This document shows, piece by piece, positions 49,901-58,199 of a stretch of DNA of 59,899 bases. The notes beneath the pieces are model-generated. The model made no database searches and was not told the origin of the DNA. It was given only the letters and a program-made list of their open reading frames with translations. Within the stretch, counting starts at the first letter, position 1, and each line of letters opens with the position of its first letter. Both the position numbers and the translations under genes were made by a program. Source of the DNA: Herpetosiphonaceae bacterium (GTDB taxonomy: Bacteria; Chloroflexota; Chloroflexia; Chloroflexales; Kallotenuaceae); contig DASWTQ010000297.1 of the NCBI GenBank assembly GCA_036402055.1, forward strand, positions 1 to 59,899. The letters are read 5' to 3'.

Positions 49901-52636
49901 GGCGGGAGCGGTCGGCATCGTTCCGCCCGTGCGCACAGTGGGATCGCCCGGCTCGATCCAGTAGCGCTGGCGCTCGAACGGGTACGTCGGCAGCGAAACT
50001 CGATGACGCTCTTCGTCGGCGTGCACCGCCGGCCAGTCGATCTCGACGCCTGACTGCCAGAGCTGGCCCAGCGTGCCGACGATGTATTCCAGATTCGACT
50101 GCTGATCCTGCGGATGGCGCAGTGAGGCATAGACCAGCGCTTTCTCGCTCCGCGCATGGTGGCGGCGAACCAGCGTGGCCAGCGTCTGGCCGGGGCCGAC
50201 TTCCAGGAAAACCGGATGTTGCTCTTGCATCAGCACGGCGATTCCATCGGCAAAGCGCACGGCCTGGCGCAGATGCATCGTCCAGTAGCTCGGATCGGTC
50301 GCCTGCTCGGCGGTGATCCAGGTTCCGGTCACATTCGAGATAAAACGCAGCTCGGGCGCGTGGCGGGCGGTCGCCTGCACACAGGCCGTGAACTCGTCCA
50401 GGATCGCATCCATCATCGGCGAGTGGAACGCGTGCGATGTATGCAGACGGCGGCTTTCGTGACCGGCGGCGCGCAGCTGCTCCGCCAGGGCGTCGATCGC
50501 CGCCTCGGTCCCCGAGACCACTGTGCGCTCGGCCTCGTTGATCGCGGCGATCGACAGCTCACTGCCCAGGTACGGGGCGATGGCCGCCTCGGAAAGCGGG
50601 ACCGTCAGCATCGCGCCGTGCGGCAGGCTTTGCATCAGCTTGCCACGTGTCGCGACCAGCTTCAACGCATCTTCCAGCGAGAAGACGCCCGCCAGCGTGG
50701 CCGCGACGTACTCGCCGATCGAGTGGCCGATCATGGCTTGCGGCTGAAGTCCCCAGGCCATCCAGAGCTTCGCCAGCGCGTACTCGCTCACAAACAGCGC
50801 CGGCTGCGTCAGCCAGGTCTGGCTCAGCTCTGCATCGCTCGCCGCCGCGTGGCCGTTACCGTTGGCCTGCGCATCGCCGGGGCTGAGGATGCTGCGCAGA
50901 TCGAGGCCCAGATGCGGCTTGAGGAGCGTGCAGCACTCATCGACGATCGCGCGGAACTGCGGCTCGGCAGCGTACAGCTCGCGGATCATCTGCGGATACT
51001 GCGAACCCTGGCCCGAGAACATAAAGATGATCGCGCGCTCCTCGCCCTCGTACGTCGTGCTGCCCAGTCTGCTCGGCTCGGGACCGGAAAGCAGGGCGAC
51101 GGCTTCCTCAGTTGAGCGACAGGCCAGCGTGCGGCGGTAGCTGAAGGCTTTGCGTCCCACTTGCAGCGTGTAGGCTACATCGGCCAGATCGAGATCCGGC
51201 CGTTCGCCCAGGTAGGCGCCAAGCCTGCGCGTCGCGGCTTCCAGGGCACTGGCAGTTCGCGCCGAGAGCGTCAGGAGCTGTACAGGCCGGGCAGGGCGCC
51301 GCACTGCCGACTCCACCGGCGGCGCTTCCTGGAGAATCGCGTGCGCGTTGGTGCCGCCAATGCCGAACGAGCTGACGCCCGCGCGGCGTGGTGCATGGGG
51401 CCGCGCTGCCCACGGCGTCAGGCTGGTGACGACCGAGAACGGACTATGCGCGAAGTCGATCATCGGATTCGGCGCGTTGAAGTTCAGGCTCGGCGGGATC
51501 AGTTTGTGGTGCAGGCTGAGCGCGGCTTTGATCAGGCTGGTGACGCCCGCCGCCGCATCCAGGTGGCCGACATTACTTTTCACCGAGCCGATCGCGCAGA
51601 ACTGGGTTTTGCTGGTGCTGGTGCGATAAGCTTTGGTCAGCGCCTCGACCTCGATCGGATCGCCGAGCGGCGTGGCCGTGCCGTGCGCCTCCACGTAGTC
51701 GATCTCCTCGGCGTCGACATCCGCGTTGACCAGCGCCTGCGCGATTACCTGCGCCTGTCCCGCGACGGTCGGCGCTGCATAGCCGGCTTTGAGCGCGCCG
51801 TCGTTATTGATCGCGGAGCCGCGAATCACGGCGTAGATATGATCGTGGTCGGCGATCGCATCCTCCAGGCGCTTGAGAACCACAACCGCGACGCCGGTGT
51901 TGAAGACTGGTCCGCCGCCCTGCGCGTCGAAGGTGCGGCAGTGACCGTCAGGCGAGGACATGCCGCCCTCAAGGTGCCAGTAGCCGCCGTCGCGGTGCGT
52001 GGCGTGAACGGCGGTGCCGCCTGCCAGCGCCATGTCGCACTCCCAGTTGAGCAGGCTTTGACAGGCGACATGTGTTGCCACCAGCGAGGTTGAGCAGGCG
52101 CTCTGCACGGTATGGCTGGGGCCTTTGAGGTTCAGCTTGTAGGAGACACGCGTCGTCAGGTACGAGTTATCGTTGCCGACCTGGACCTGAAGCTGGTTGG
52201 CGGCCGTCATCAGATGCGGGTTGGTGGCGATGTTGAGCAACACATAGGTGCTCATCGCCGCGCCGCCAAACACGCCGACCGGGAAGGTGATCCGCGACGG
52301 ATCGTAGCCCGCATCCTCAAGCGACTCCCAGGCACATTCCAGGAAGTGGCGCTGCTGAGGGTCCATGAAGCTGGCCTCGCGCGGATTGTAGCCGAAGAAT
52401 CCGGCGTCGAACTCTTCCAGCGTTTCCAGGAAGCCGCCTGCTTTGACATATTTTGGATTGGCGATCAGCTCGTCGCTCAGACCAAAGGCGCGCAGATCCT
52501 CCTCGGTGTAGAAGGTAGTAAACTCTTCGCCCGCGCAGAGCTTGCGCCAGAACGCTTCCAGTGAGGGAGCCTGCGGATAGCGTCCCGCCATGCCAATAAT
52601 CGCAATATCTGTGTTCCGAATCGGGTAAGTGGACAT
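46973..52636 (-). CDS. Type I PKS module, KS - AT(malonyl-type) - KR - DH - ACP
   Basis: 1887 aa. KS is about nt 51332-52612 (SACSTSLVA, EAHGTATPLGDPIE, SNVGHLD). AT is about nt 50072-51034 (GHSIGE, HAFH). KR including its structural half is about nt 48533-49879 (GVYLITGGLGGIG). DH is about nt 47651-48481 (HPLLD...HWVLGEHRVLGTPTIPG, HPALMD). ACP is about nt 47102-47314 (FFELGGDSL). The acidic C-terminal tail is EEALLANIDQLSEADLDALLARL. Confidence 0.9.
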   Translation of the reverse strand: MSTYPIRNTDIAIIGMAGRYPQAPSLEAFWRKLCAGEEFTTFYTEEDLRAFGLSDELIANPKYVKAGGFLETLEEFDAGFFGYNPREASFMDPQQRHFLECAWESLEDAGYDPSRITFPVGVFGGAAMSTYVLLNIATNPHLMTAANQLQVQVGNDNSYLTTRVSYKLNLKGPSHTVQSACSTSLVATHVACQSLLNWECDMALAGGTAVHATHRDGGYWHLEGGMSSPDGHCRTFDAQGGGPVFNTGVAVVVLKRLEDAIADHDHIYAVIRGSAINNDGALKAGYAAPTVAGQAQVIAQALVNADVDAEEIDYVEAHGTATPLGDPIEVEALTKAYRTSTSKTQFCAIGSVKSNVGHLDAAAGVTSLIKAALSLHHKLIPPSLNFNAPNPMIDFAHSPFSVVTSLTPWAARPHAPRRAGVSSFGIGGTNAHAILQEAPPVESAVRRPARPVQLLTLSARTASALEAATRRLGAYLGERPDLDLADVAYTLQVGRKAFSYRRTLACRSTEEAVALLSGPEPSRLGSTTYEGEERAIIFMFSGQGSQYPQMIRELYAAEPQFRAIVDECCTLLKPHLGLDLRSILSPGDAQANGNGHAAASDAELSQTWLTQPALFVSEYALAKLWMAWGLQPQAMIGHSIGEYVAATLAGVFSLEDALKLVATRGKLMQSLPHGAMLTVPLSEAAIAPYLGSELSIAAINEAERTVVSGTEAAIDALAEQLRAAGHESRRLHTSHAFHSPMMDAILDEFTACVQATARHAPELRFISNVTGTWITAEQATDPSYWTMHLRQAVRFADGIAVLMQEQHPVFLEVGPGQTLATLVRRHHARSEKALVYASLRHPQDQQSNLEYIVGTLGQLWQSGVEIDWPAVHADEERHRVSLPTYPFERQRYWIEPGDPTVRTGGTMPTAPAALSRKADLADWLYIPSWKRSQPPVPHTDEPRTWLVFVDNTWLSSACTQRLAASGDRIVTVGVGPEFAQIDTQQYVINPQQSGDYDHLLGRLAETGSLPHGIVYLWTAALAEGASPLERAEHDLAYGFYGLLALAQSLGRLKEQQPMRLHVVSSGMQAVANEPELHPTKAPLLGLCKVIAQEYKHISCQSIDVALPAPASTQAQQLVEQLWLELHSAAVDPVIAYRGMYRWAQTYEAAPLPEPSQPIADRLRTGGVYLITGGLGGIGLEVARELARSIQPKLVLTSRTPLPDREAWSIWLATTDDAAAATREKIRQVQALEAAGAEVLLFPADITDPIHVEALVRETIGTFGTLHGVFHAAGLPGAGIIQLKRPEDAVAVLAPKIQGTLLLDSALRQVPLDFMVLFSSITAITGGMGQADYCAANSFLDAFAHANSQQGVFTVAINWDAWQKVGMAVATEGLRALPGQPQGKAAEHPLLDTYTSESPERAQFTTEFDPRTHWVLGEHRVLGTPTIPGATYPEVVYSAFTRHRGSSAVEIRDLLFMTPFMVGESERKSLRVLLEGGADELAVRISSQATVLGRTRWKDHVVGKVAALPVAAQPVLDLPGILIRCAPVDLHVTTESRAKMAEFVDVGPRWNCIKAVYAGTGEGLAVLELDESFVAADERFAIHPALMDIATSFAIQSIGEGNYLPLSYARVQIYGAFPKTLYCYVRLPHDTTPGDETVVIDVAIMDAEGNVAVNIEGFTVKRVAPDALVRLYESAQSDALDSTPAETDSLAPGGLAEGLRTLKDAILPEEGIAVLRRILALNHLPQIIVSTRDLAGVIDEVNRFDPHRLLTEMAGQSATLRVETYPRPDLPTPYVAPGTELEQRIATLWQDVLCIEQVGIHDNFFELGGDSLLGTQIMVRAKEAGFELSPNQFFQHQTIAELAQLLGDAPAPDGSSGDGAVEEEALLANIDQLSEADLDALLARLTNE

Positions 52637-52657
52637 ATTTAGCTTATCCTTCGTGTA

Positions 52658-55600
52658 CTAGCCAATCTGCTCCACCCGGCGCGGGCGGCGCTCCTCGCGT
52701 AGCTCACGGCGTTTATCGGCGCGGGCGCGGCTATCGTCGACGGCGAGCGAGTCGTTGGCGGCGCTCGGCGCGCGGCGCTGCTCGACAATCTGGGCCAGGG
52801 CGCTGACGGTTGGGCCTTCAAACAGGTTGACGGCCGGAATATCGACGCCCAGGGCTGTGCTTAGTCGGGCGACCGCCTCAATGCCGACCAGTGAGTCGCC
52901 GCCCAGCTCAAAGAAGTTGTCGTGGATACCGACCTGCTCGATGCTCAGCATTTCTTCCCACACGCCGGCGATCGCGCGCTCGGTCTCGCTGCGCGGCGGA
53001 GCGTACGAGCCGCTCAGGGCGGGCCGGGGTCGCTTGACGGCAGCCGCAGGCTCCGCGCTCCTGGATTTGGCTTCGGCAATGCGCTCGTTGACGACCTCGT
53101 CGGTGTAGCGGATCGATGCATACAGGTCGCGCACGGAAACGATCACCTGCTGGAAGCCACGGTAAGCCAGAATCCGCTCCAATGCCTCCGCGCCCTCTGA
53201 CGGCCGGATCTCCTCGATCTGGTTAGCTGGCGGCACGGCCGGCGCGGCAAGATCCACGGTTCCAGCCAGCGCGCGCAGCTCAGCCGCCGGATCGTTGACG
53301 CGCTTCTGGGTAAAGCGCTCGATCTCAACCAGCGCGTCGCCGTCCTCGTTCATCAGCACGATGTCGAAGGTAATCGTATCGCGGTCGGGATTTTCCTCGG
53401 CGCGGAAGCGGGCATAGCTAAAGATCTTGGGCTGGAGCTGGCCTTTGATCTTCAAGCTGTTATAGGTCAGCGGCAAATAGTGTCCATCCGCCGCCAGAAA
53501 GTTCTTGGCAATGCCGGCCGCGCGATCGAGCAGCGCCGGATGAAAGACCATCTGTGCGAAGTCGCCGGCGAAGGCTTCGGGAAGATGCAGCTCAAGCAGG
53601 ACTTCGTTCACGCCGATATGCACTCGCTGGACGCTGTGCCAGCGCGGCCCCAGATCTTCCTCGCGCTGCTCGGCGGGCAGGATCAGCTCCTGGACGTTAC
53701 AGCGCTCACGCAGCGCGGCCAGATTATGGCGTCGCAGCGGCTCGGCCGGCGACAGGCTGACTTTGCCGACGGTGTACACATGATCGGCCTCGTGCTCGTG
53801 GCTGTGGATCGCGAAGGAGTAGCCCGTGGCGGCCGGCTCGATCACCAGCCGCACCTCGCGGCGAGCACCGTCGGGAACACGGAGCGGCGCGACAAAGAAC
53901 ACTTCGCGAAATTCAACCGCGTGCGTGCGCGGGTGAGCCTGGAGCGCGGCGCGTACCATCTCGAAGTAGGCCACGCCGGGAATAACTGGATGCCCCAGGA
54001 TGCGATGTTCGTCCAGCACCCAGTGTTTTTCGACGGTAAAATCGGTGGCGAAAACTTGCTGGGCGGCGGTATGCCTCAGGCAGCGCTCCAGCAGCGGATG
54101 CTGCGTGAACTGGATCGGCGCTGCCGGCGCGCTGAGCGGCGTCTGCGCTGGAACCGCCGCCATGCCGACCTCGTCCCACGCGCCCCAGTTGACGGCGATG
54201 GTCGGAATGCCGGTACGCGCGGTATGCTCGTGCGCGAACGCATCCAGGAACGCATTCGCGGCCGTATAATCGATCTGGCCCAGCCGTCCCACCACCGACG
54301 TCAGCGACGAGCACAGCAGCCAGAAGTCAAGCTGAGTGCCGGCGAAGATCCGCTCCAGCACGTGCGTGCCCTGGATCTTCGGCGCCAGCACCTGTGCGGC
54401 GACATCGCGCTGCTTGAGCTGAGCGAGACCGCCGGCCGGAACGCCCGCAGCGTGGATCACGCCGTGGATCGTGCCGAAGCGCTGGTGGACCAGCTCCACA
54501 ACCTGGCGCAACTGTGTCTCGTCGGTCACATCTGCCTGGCAGATCAGCACCTCGGCGCCATCGGCTTCGAGCGCCTGGATCTGGCGAATCTTGCGCGTCG
54601 TTCCGTCAGACGCGGCGTGCGTCGCCAACCACGCGTCCCACTCCGCGCGCGCGGGAAACGCCGACCGGCCTACCAGCACCAGTCTGGCTGCCGCCCGCCG
54701 GCCAAGGTGAGCGGCAAAGGTCAGCCCCAGACCGCCGAGGCCGCCGGTGATCAGATACACACCGGTTTGTCGCAGCGGCGGCGCGCTCGGTGCTTCCAGC
54801 CGAATCGGCTCGTACACCCGCTGCCAGCGGTTGCCGCCGCGATAGGCGACCGCCGAGTCGCCGGTGGCCGTCGTCAGCTCGCGCTGGAGCTGATCCAGCA
54901 GGCGGTTGTGCTGCCAGCTGCCGGGGGGCGGCACGGCTACGTCGATGCTGCGGCAGTGGATGTTCGGGTATTCGCGGGGAATGACCAGACACGGCCCGAA
55001 GATCGTTGCCTGCTCCGGGTTGAGCAGGTCGCCGCCGAGCACCTCCTGCGCGCTGTCGGAAAGCACAAGCAGCCTCACGGGATCGGTCACGCGCTGGGTG
55101 CCAAGCGCCTGCGCCAGGGCCAGCAAGCTGTAGAAGCCGTGTTCGAGCGGCTCGTGGGTGCCGAGGCTCCAGCCATGCACGATCGTCTGCGGCAGCAGCA
55201 ACTGCGCGTGCAGCTCCACCAGCAGAGCCTCGTAGTCGGCGCGGCGCTGCGGGTTGACCTGGTAGCGCAGCCGATCGTGACGCCGGAACTCCGCGCCGGG
55301 CTCGACGATGATCAGGTTTTGGGCGATAGTGGACAGCCGCTGCGCCAGCTGTTTGCCGGTGTCGTCGCCGGCAAAGACCAGCCAGGTCTCGGCCACGGGT
55401 GCGGGCTGGCTGTCCAGCGCGACGACCTCAGTCGAGCGCTGCCAGGTCGGCTGGTAGAACCACTCCTCGATCGCCGGGTTTTTGCGGAGCGCATCTTCAA
55501 GCGAGTGCGTGGCCGGCGTGGCGGCATGGCCCTGAAAGTCGATCCAGTGGCGCTGGCGCTCGAAGGGATACGTCGGCAGCGGCAGCCGGCGCCGCGACTC

Positions 55601-58198
55601 GTGGGCGTAGAAGGCTTCCCAATCGATCTCGATTCCGCTGAGCCACAGGTGGCCGATCGTATGCAGCAGAAACGTCAGCTCGTCCTGCGGCTCCTGCGGA
55701 TGCGGCAGTGATGCCAGCATAAACTGGTTCGGCTTTTTGTGCGGGTGCCAGCGCGCGATCGTGCGCAGCGTGCGGCCGGGACCGACCTCAAGCAGCACCG
55801 CATCAGGATCACGCAGCAGCTCGGCCAGCCCATCGGCGAAGCGCACCGTCTGGCGGATGTGCCGCACCCAGTACTGCGGATCGGTCGCCTCGACGGCGGT
55901 GATCCAGGTGCCGCTGACGTTCGAAAGATAGGGCATCTGCGGCGGCTGGAGCTTGACGCGGCTGATCGCCTGTGCGAACTGCTCAAGCATCGGCTCCATC
56001 ATGTGTGAGTGGAAGGCGTGCGAGGTATGCAGCGTGCGCGGCAGCAGGCCCTGGGCGGTCAGCTCCGCCGCAAACTCGTCGATCGCCGCTTGCTCGCCGG
56101 CCACCACGCACAGCGCCGGACCGTTGACCGCCGCCAGCGCGAGCCGCTCGTTGAGCAGCGGCCGCACCGCCTCCTCGCTCAGCGGCACGACCAGCATCGC
56201 ACCGGCCGGGAGCTGCTGGATCAGCTGTCCACGCAGCGCCACCAGCATGAGCGCGTCTTCCAGCGAGAATACTCCGGCCAGACAGGCCGCCACATACTCG
56301 CCGACGCTGTGGCCGATCAGCGCGTACGGCTTGAGGCCCCAGGCCATCCACAGCTTGGCCAGCGCATATTCGATCACGAACAGCGCAGGCTGGGCATACT
56401 GCGTCTGCTCCAGGATCTCCGCGCCGGGAGTATGGCCGTTGGTTTTGGCTGTTTGCGCGTCGCCTGGCGCGGCGGGATAGAGCACGCTGCGCAGATCGCA
56501 GCCGAGATGCGGCTTGAGCAGCTCACAGCAGCGATCGATCTCCGCGCGGAAGACCGGCTCTGTGGCGTAGAGCTGCGCGGCCATGCCCACATGCTGCGCG
56601 CCCTGGCCGGGAAACATAAACGTGAGCGGACGGCTGATCGGCTCCTGGACCCGCGAAAACACCTGCTCCGGTACCAGCGCCTCCAGCATCGTCGCCGCCT
56701 GCGCGGTATCGTGGCAGACCAGCATCCGCCGGTGCGCGAATGAGCGCCGCCCGAGTTGAAGCGTGTAGGCGACATCGGCGATGTTGAGCGCCGGGTGATC
56801 CTTGAGATAGCGGCTAAGATCGATGCATGCCTGCTCCAGCGCCGAGTCGGTGCGCGCGGAGACCACCAGCAGCTGCGCGGCCCTGGCCGGGCCGGAAGGC
56901 GCCGGCTCGGGCGCTTCTTCGAGAACCAGATGCGCGTTGGTGCCGCCCAGGCCAAACGAGCTGACTCCTGCGCGGCGCGGCGTCGCTCCCGGCGACCACT
57001 CACGCAGGCGATCGTTCACGAAAAACGGGCTACTGGCAAAGTTGATGTGCGGATTGGGCTGCGTAAAGTGGATGCTCGGCGGAATCTGGCGATGCTTGAG
57101 CGCGAGCACGGTTTTGATCAGCCCGGTCACGCCGGCCGCCGTATCCAGGTGGCCGATGTTGCCCTTGACCGAGCCGATCGCGCAGAACTGGTTTTTTTCT
57201 GTTCGGCGGCGGAAGGCTTGCGTCAGCGCCTGCACCTCGATCGGGTCGCCGATCGGCGTGGCGGTGCCGTGCGCCTCCACGTAGCCGATGCTTTCGGGAT
57301 CGACCTCGGCCAGCATGTGCGCAACGCCGATGACTTCGGCCTGACTCTCCGCGCCGGGAGCCGTGTAGCCGATCCGATCCGAGCCGTCGTTGTTGATCGC
57401 CGCGCCACGGATCACGGCATGAATCGTATCGCCGTCGGCCAGCGCCTCGTCCAGCCGCTTGAGCACGACCAGCCCCACGCCGTTGCCGCCGACCGTTCCC
57501 TGCGCCTCAGCATCGAAGGGCCGGCAGGTGCCGTCGGGTGCGCCGATGCCGCTCTCGTGGTACAGGTAGCCGGTTTTTTGCGGCACGCTGATCGTCGCGC
57601 CGCCGGCCAGCGCGATGTCGCTCTGAGAGTTGAGCAGGCTCTGGCAGGCCATCACCACCGCGACCAGCGAGGTCGAGCAGGCAGTCTGCACCGTCACGAC
57701 CGGGCCGCGCAGATCGAGCTTGTAGGCCACGCGCGCGGTGAGATGATCGTGCTTGTTGTGGATGAACGATTGGAAGGTGTTCATCGTGCCGTGCAGACGA
57801 CCGGCGGCGGCCAGGTTGTAGAGCATATAGGTGTTGGCTCCCGCGCCGCCATACAGCCCGATCGCGCCCGAGTAGCGCGTCGGATCGTAGCCCGCCTGCT
57901 CCAATGCTTCCGAGGCGCACTCCAGAAAGAGGCGGTGCTGCGGATCGGTGATCTGCGCTTCGCGGGGCGACATGTCGAAGAACGCGGCGTCGAAGTGCTC
58001 GACGTTGTCGAGAATGCCGCGCGCTTTGACATACTGCCGGCTGTGCAGCTCGGCGGCATCGATCGCCGCGAGGTCAAGCTCCGCCTCGTCGAAGTGGGTG
58101 ATCGAATCTTTGCCGTCGCGCAGATTCTCCCAGAACTGCTCGATGGTGTTGGCGCCCGGAAAACGGCCCGCCATGCCGATGATTGCGATGCTATTCAT
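52658..58198 (-). CDS. Type I PKS module, KS - AT(malonyl-type) - KR - DH - ACP
   Basis: The ORF-track frame starts at TTG 58219. ATG 58198 (MNSIAIIGMAG) follows the upstream stop as TAAcATG with GGGAGAAG upstream, so I prefer it. KS is about nt 56921-58198 (TACSTSLVA with Cys codon 57677-57679, EAHGTATPIGDPIE, GNIGHLD). AT is about nt 55670-56632 (GHSVGE, HAFH). KR is about nt 54155-55477 (GVYLITGGLGGLG at 54725-54748). DH is about nt 53294-54106 (HPLLE...HWVLDEHRILGHPVIPG, HPALLD). ACP is about nt 52775-52996 (FFELGGDSL). Confidence 0.9.
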   Translation of the reverse strand: MNSIAIIGMAGRFPGANTIEQFWENLRDGKDSITHFDEAELDLAAIDAAELHSRQYVKARGILDNVEHFDAAFFDMSPREAQITDPQHRLFLECASEALEQAGYDPTRYSGAIGLYGGAGANTYMLYNLAAAGRLHGTMNTFQSFIHNKHDHLTARVAYKLDLRGPVVTVQTACSTSLVAVVMACQSLLNSQSDIALAGGATISVPQKTGYLYHESGIGAPDGTCRPFDAEAQGTVGGNGVGLVVLKRLDEALADGDTIHAVIRGAAINNDGSDRIGYTAPGAESQAEVIGVAHMLAEVDPESIGYVEAHGTATPIGDPIEVQALTQAFRRRTEKNQFCAIGSVKGNIGHLDTAAGVTGLIKTVLALKHRQIPPSIHFTQPNPHINFASSPFFVNDRLREWSPGATPRRAGVSSFGLGGTNAHLVLEEAPEPAPSGPARAAQLLVVSARTDSALEQACIDLSRYLKDHPALNIADVAYTLQLGRRSFAHRRMLVCHDTAQAATMLEALVPEQVFSRVQEPISRPLTFMFPGQGAQHVGMAAQLYATEPVFRAEIDRCCELLKPHLGCDLRSVLYPAAPGDAQTAKTNGHTPGAEILEQTQYAQPALFVIEYALAKLWMAWGLKPYALIGHSVGEYVAACLAGVFSLEDALMLVALRGQLIQQLPAGAMLVVPLSEEAVRPLLNERLALAAVNGPALCVVAGEQAAIDEFAAELTAQGLLPRTLHTSHAFHSHMMEPMLEQFAQAISRVKLQPPQMPYLSNVSGTWITAVEATDPQYWVRHIRQTVRFADGLAELLRDPDAVLLEVGPGRTLRTIARWHPHKKPNQFMLASLPHPQEPQDELTFLLHTIGHLWLSGIEIDWEAFYAHESRRRLPLPTYPFERQRHWIDFQGHAATPATHSLEDALRKNPAIEEWFYQPTWQRSTEVVALDSQPAPVAETWLVFAGDDTGKQLAQRLSTIAQNLIIVEPGAEFRRHDRLRYQVNPQRRADYEALLVELHAQLLLPQTIVHGWSLGTHEPLEHGFYSLLALAQALGTQRVTDPVRLLVLSDSAQEVLGGDLLNPEQATIFGPCLVIPREYPNIHCRSIDVAVPPPGSWQHNRLLDQLQRELTTATGDSAVAYRGGNRWQRVYEPIRLEAPSAPPLRQTGVYLITGGLGGLGLTFAAHLGRRAAARLVLVGRSAFPARAEWDAWLATHAASDGTTRKIRQIQALEADGAEVLICQADVTDETQLRQVVELVHQRFGTIHGVIHAAGVPAGGLAQLKQRDVAAQVLAPKIQGTHVLERIFAGTQLDFWLLCSSLTSVVGRLGQIDYTAANAFLDAFAHEHTARTGIPTIAVNWGAWDEVGMAAVPAQTPLSAPAAPIQFTQHPLLERCLRHTAAQQVFATDFTVEKHWVLDEHRILGHPVIPGVAYFEMVRAALQAHPRTHAVEFREVFFVAPLRVPDGARREVRLVIEPAATGYSFAIHSHEHEADHVYTVGKVSLSPAEPLRRHNLAALRERCNVQELILPAEQREEDLGPRWHSVQRVHIGVNEVLLELHLPEAFAGDFAQMVFHPALLDRAAGIAKNFLAADGHYLPLTYNSLKIKGQLQPKIFSYARFRAEENPDRDTITFDIVLMNEDGDALVEIERFTQKRVNDPAAELRALAGTVDLAAPAVPPANQIEEIRPSEGAEALERILAYRGFQQVIVSVRDLYASIRYTDEVVNERIAEAKSRSAEPAAAVKRPRPALSGSYAPPRSETERAIAGVWEEMLSIEQVGIHDNFFELGGDSLVGIEAVARLSTALGVDIPAVNLFEGPTVSALAQIVEQRRAPSAANDSLAVDDSRARADKRRELREERRPRRVEQIG

Positions 58199-58199
58199 G

